In this document: piece after piece, positions 63,151 through 64,000 of the stretch
Layout: each line of letters opens with the position of its first letter
Position numbering within the stretch: the stretch's first letter is position 1
From: Camelus ferus
Lineage: Eukaryota
NCBI RefSeq assembly: GCF_009834535.1
Contig: NC_045696.1
Coordinates: 14,014,001 to 14,078,000 of the forward strand
Length of the DNA stretch: 64,000 nt
Reading direction: 5' to 3'
Translations under genes and position numbers: made by a program
Notes under the pieces: generated by a model
Database searches by the model: none
The model's input: only the letters and a program-made list of their open reading frames with translations
What the model was told of the DNA's origin: nothing

Positions 63151-64000
63151 AAAGAGCTTGCTGAAAGAAGTGTGATGGATGAAACAAATAATAGAAACAG
63201 GAGGCCATATAATTGACTGTCCCAACTAGTATACTCAAATGTTATTATTATTGTATAATGAGTATATTATTATTATATACTCAAATATCATTATTATTAA
63301 TAATGCCAGGACAACAGATGTAAACGATAGAACATATAGAAAGTTAAGTGAAGCATGTAACAGATGTTTTGACTGTGTAGATGAAATGGCATGGCTGTAA
63401 TGGAAGTGTGAGGAACTGGGAGAATAAGAGATGTAGGGATATTGGGCTTAATATTTAGAATAGGAGTGCCTTCTGATGTTGACAAGCACGGGTCTGGAAG
63501 TCGTTTTCTAAAGTAGAGCAGAGTTGATGAGGGGATCGAAGAATTTTGAGGCAGGAATGCTTCAATTGGTTGTCTGTATGATAATTCCATTTTCTAAATG
63601 TAAAATAGAATTTAGTACCAGATGTCAAACCCTTCAAAGCTTTTGATTTAGAGATTGTGGTGGTGGTAAATAACAGATATCAGAAAGTATGGAGAGATGT
63701 TGGATCAAGAGAGTAAGGGATCAGGGATCTAGACAGGAAGTCTGATGATATCCAGTAAAAGAAATGTTGTCTTTATCTTCTGCCAGGAAACCCATCCAGA
63801 GATGCCAGTCTGACCGTCTGCTAAGCATAGAAAACACAAAGGCAACCGGCCAGATAAGATTGCTCTCTTCTCTTTCCTCTCCTTCTTCCCTACGCTTTGA
63901 ATCAGTAAAGGAGCAAAAAAATAAAACCAGTTGATAAGCATCTAAAAAGGCGAGCTTTAAAAGTAGAAAACAAAATAATCATATTTTATCTCCATTTCCT

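Noticed and set aside
63229..63305. Short direct and inverted repeats (TATACTCAAAT, ATT runs)
   Set aside because: Low-complexity AT-rich local duplication; not CRISPR-like and no evidence of function

Overview
AT-rich mammalian DNA, most likely a camelid (Vic-1-type tRNA-derived SINE; no Alu, Bov-A/Bov-tA or PRE-1 seen), from the high glycine-tyrosine keratin-associated protein (HGT-KRTAP) cluster. I find five intact single-exon KRTAP genes. Three are near-paralogous, Cys-poor 57-59 aa genes resembling the ruminant KAP36 type (14323-14496, 19158-19337, 23983-24156). One is a 53-aa KAP19/20-like gene missed by the ORF track (41718-41879), and one is a 63-aa KAP20/19-like gene (49835-50026). 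There are also seven decayed KRTAP relics. All twelve loci are on the minus strand. The rest is L1, L2, MIR, MaLR, hAT and ERV1-type solo LTR sequence. Most notable: a KRTAP pseudogene split by a solo LTR; an ERV LTR RNA retroposed by L1 (poly(A) tail plus 12-bp TSD) next to an inverted pair of solo LTRs; gene-conversion-like homogenisation of two KRTAP copies; a fixed 84-nt TATA-to-ATG spacing with a shared promoter module; and a perfect 18-bp hairpin upstream of one gene. I see no evidence of a wholly new class of system. Family names come from memory of consensus sequences, not from searches.
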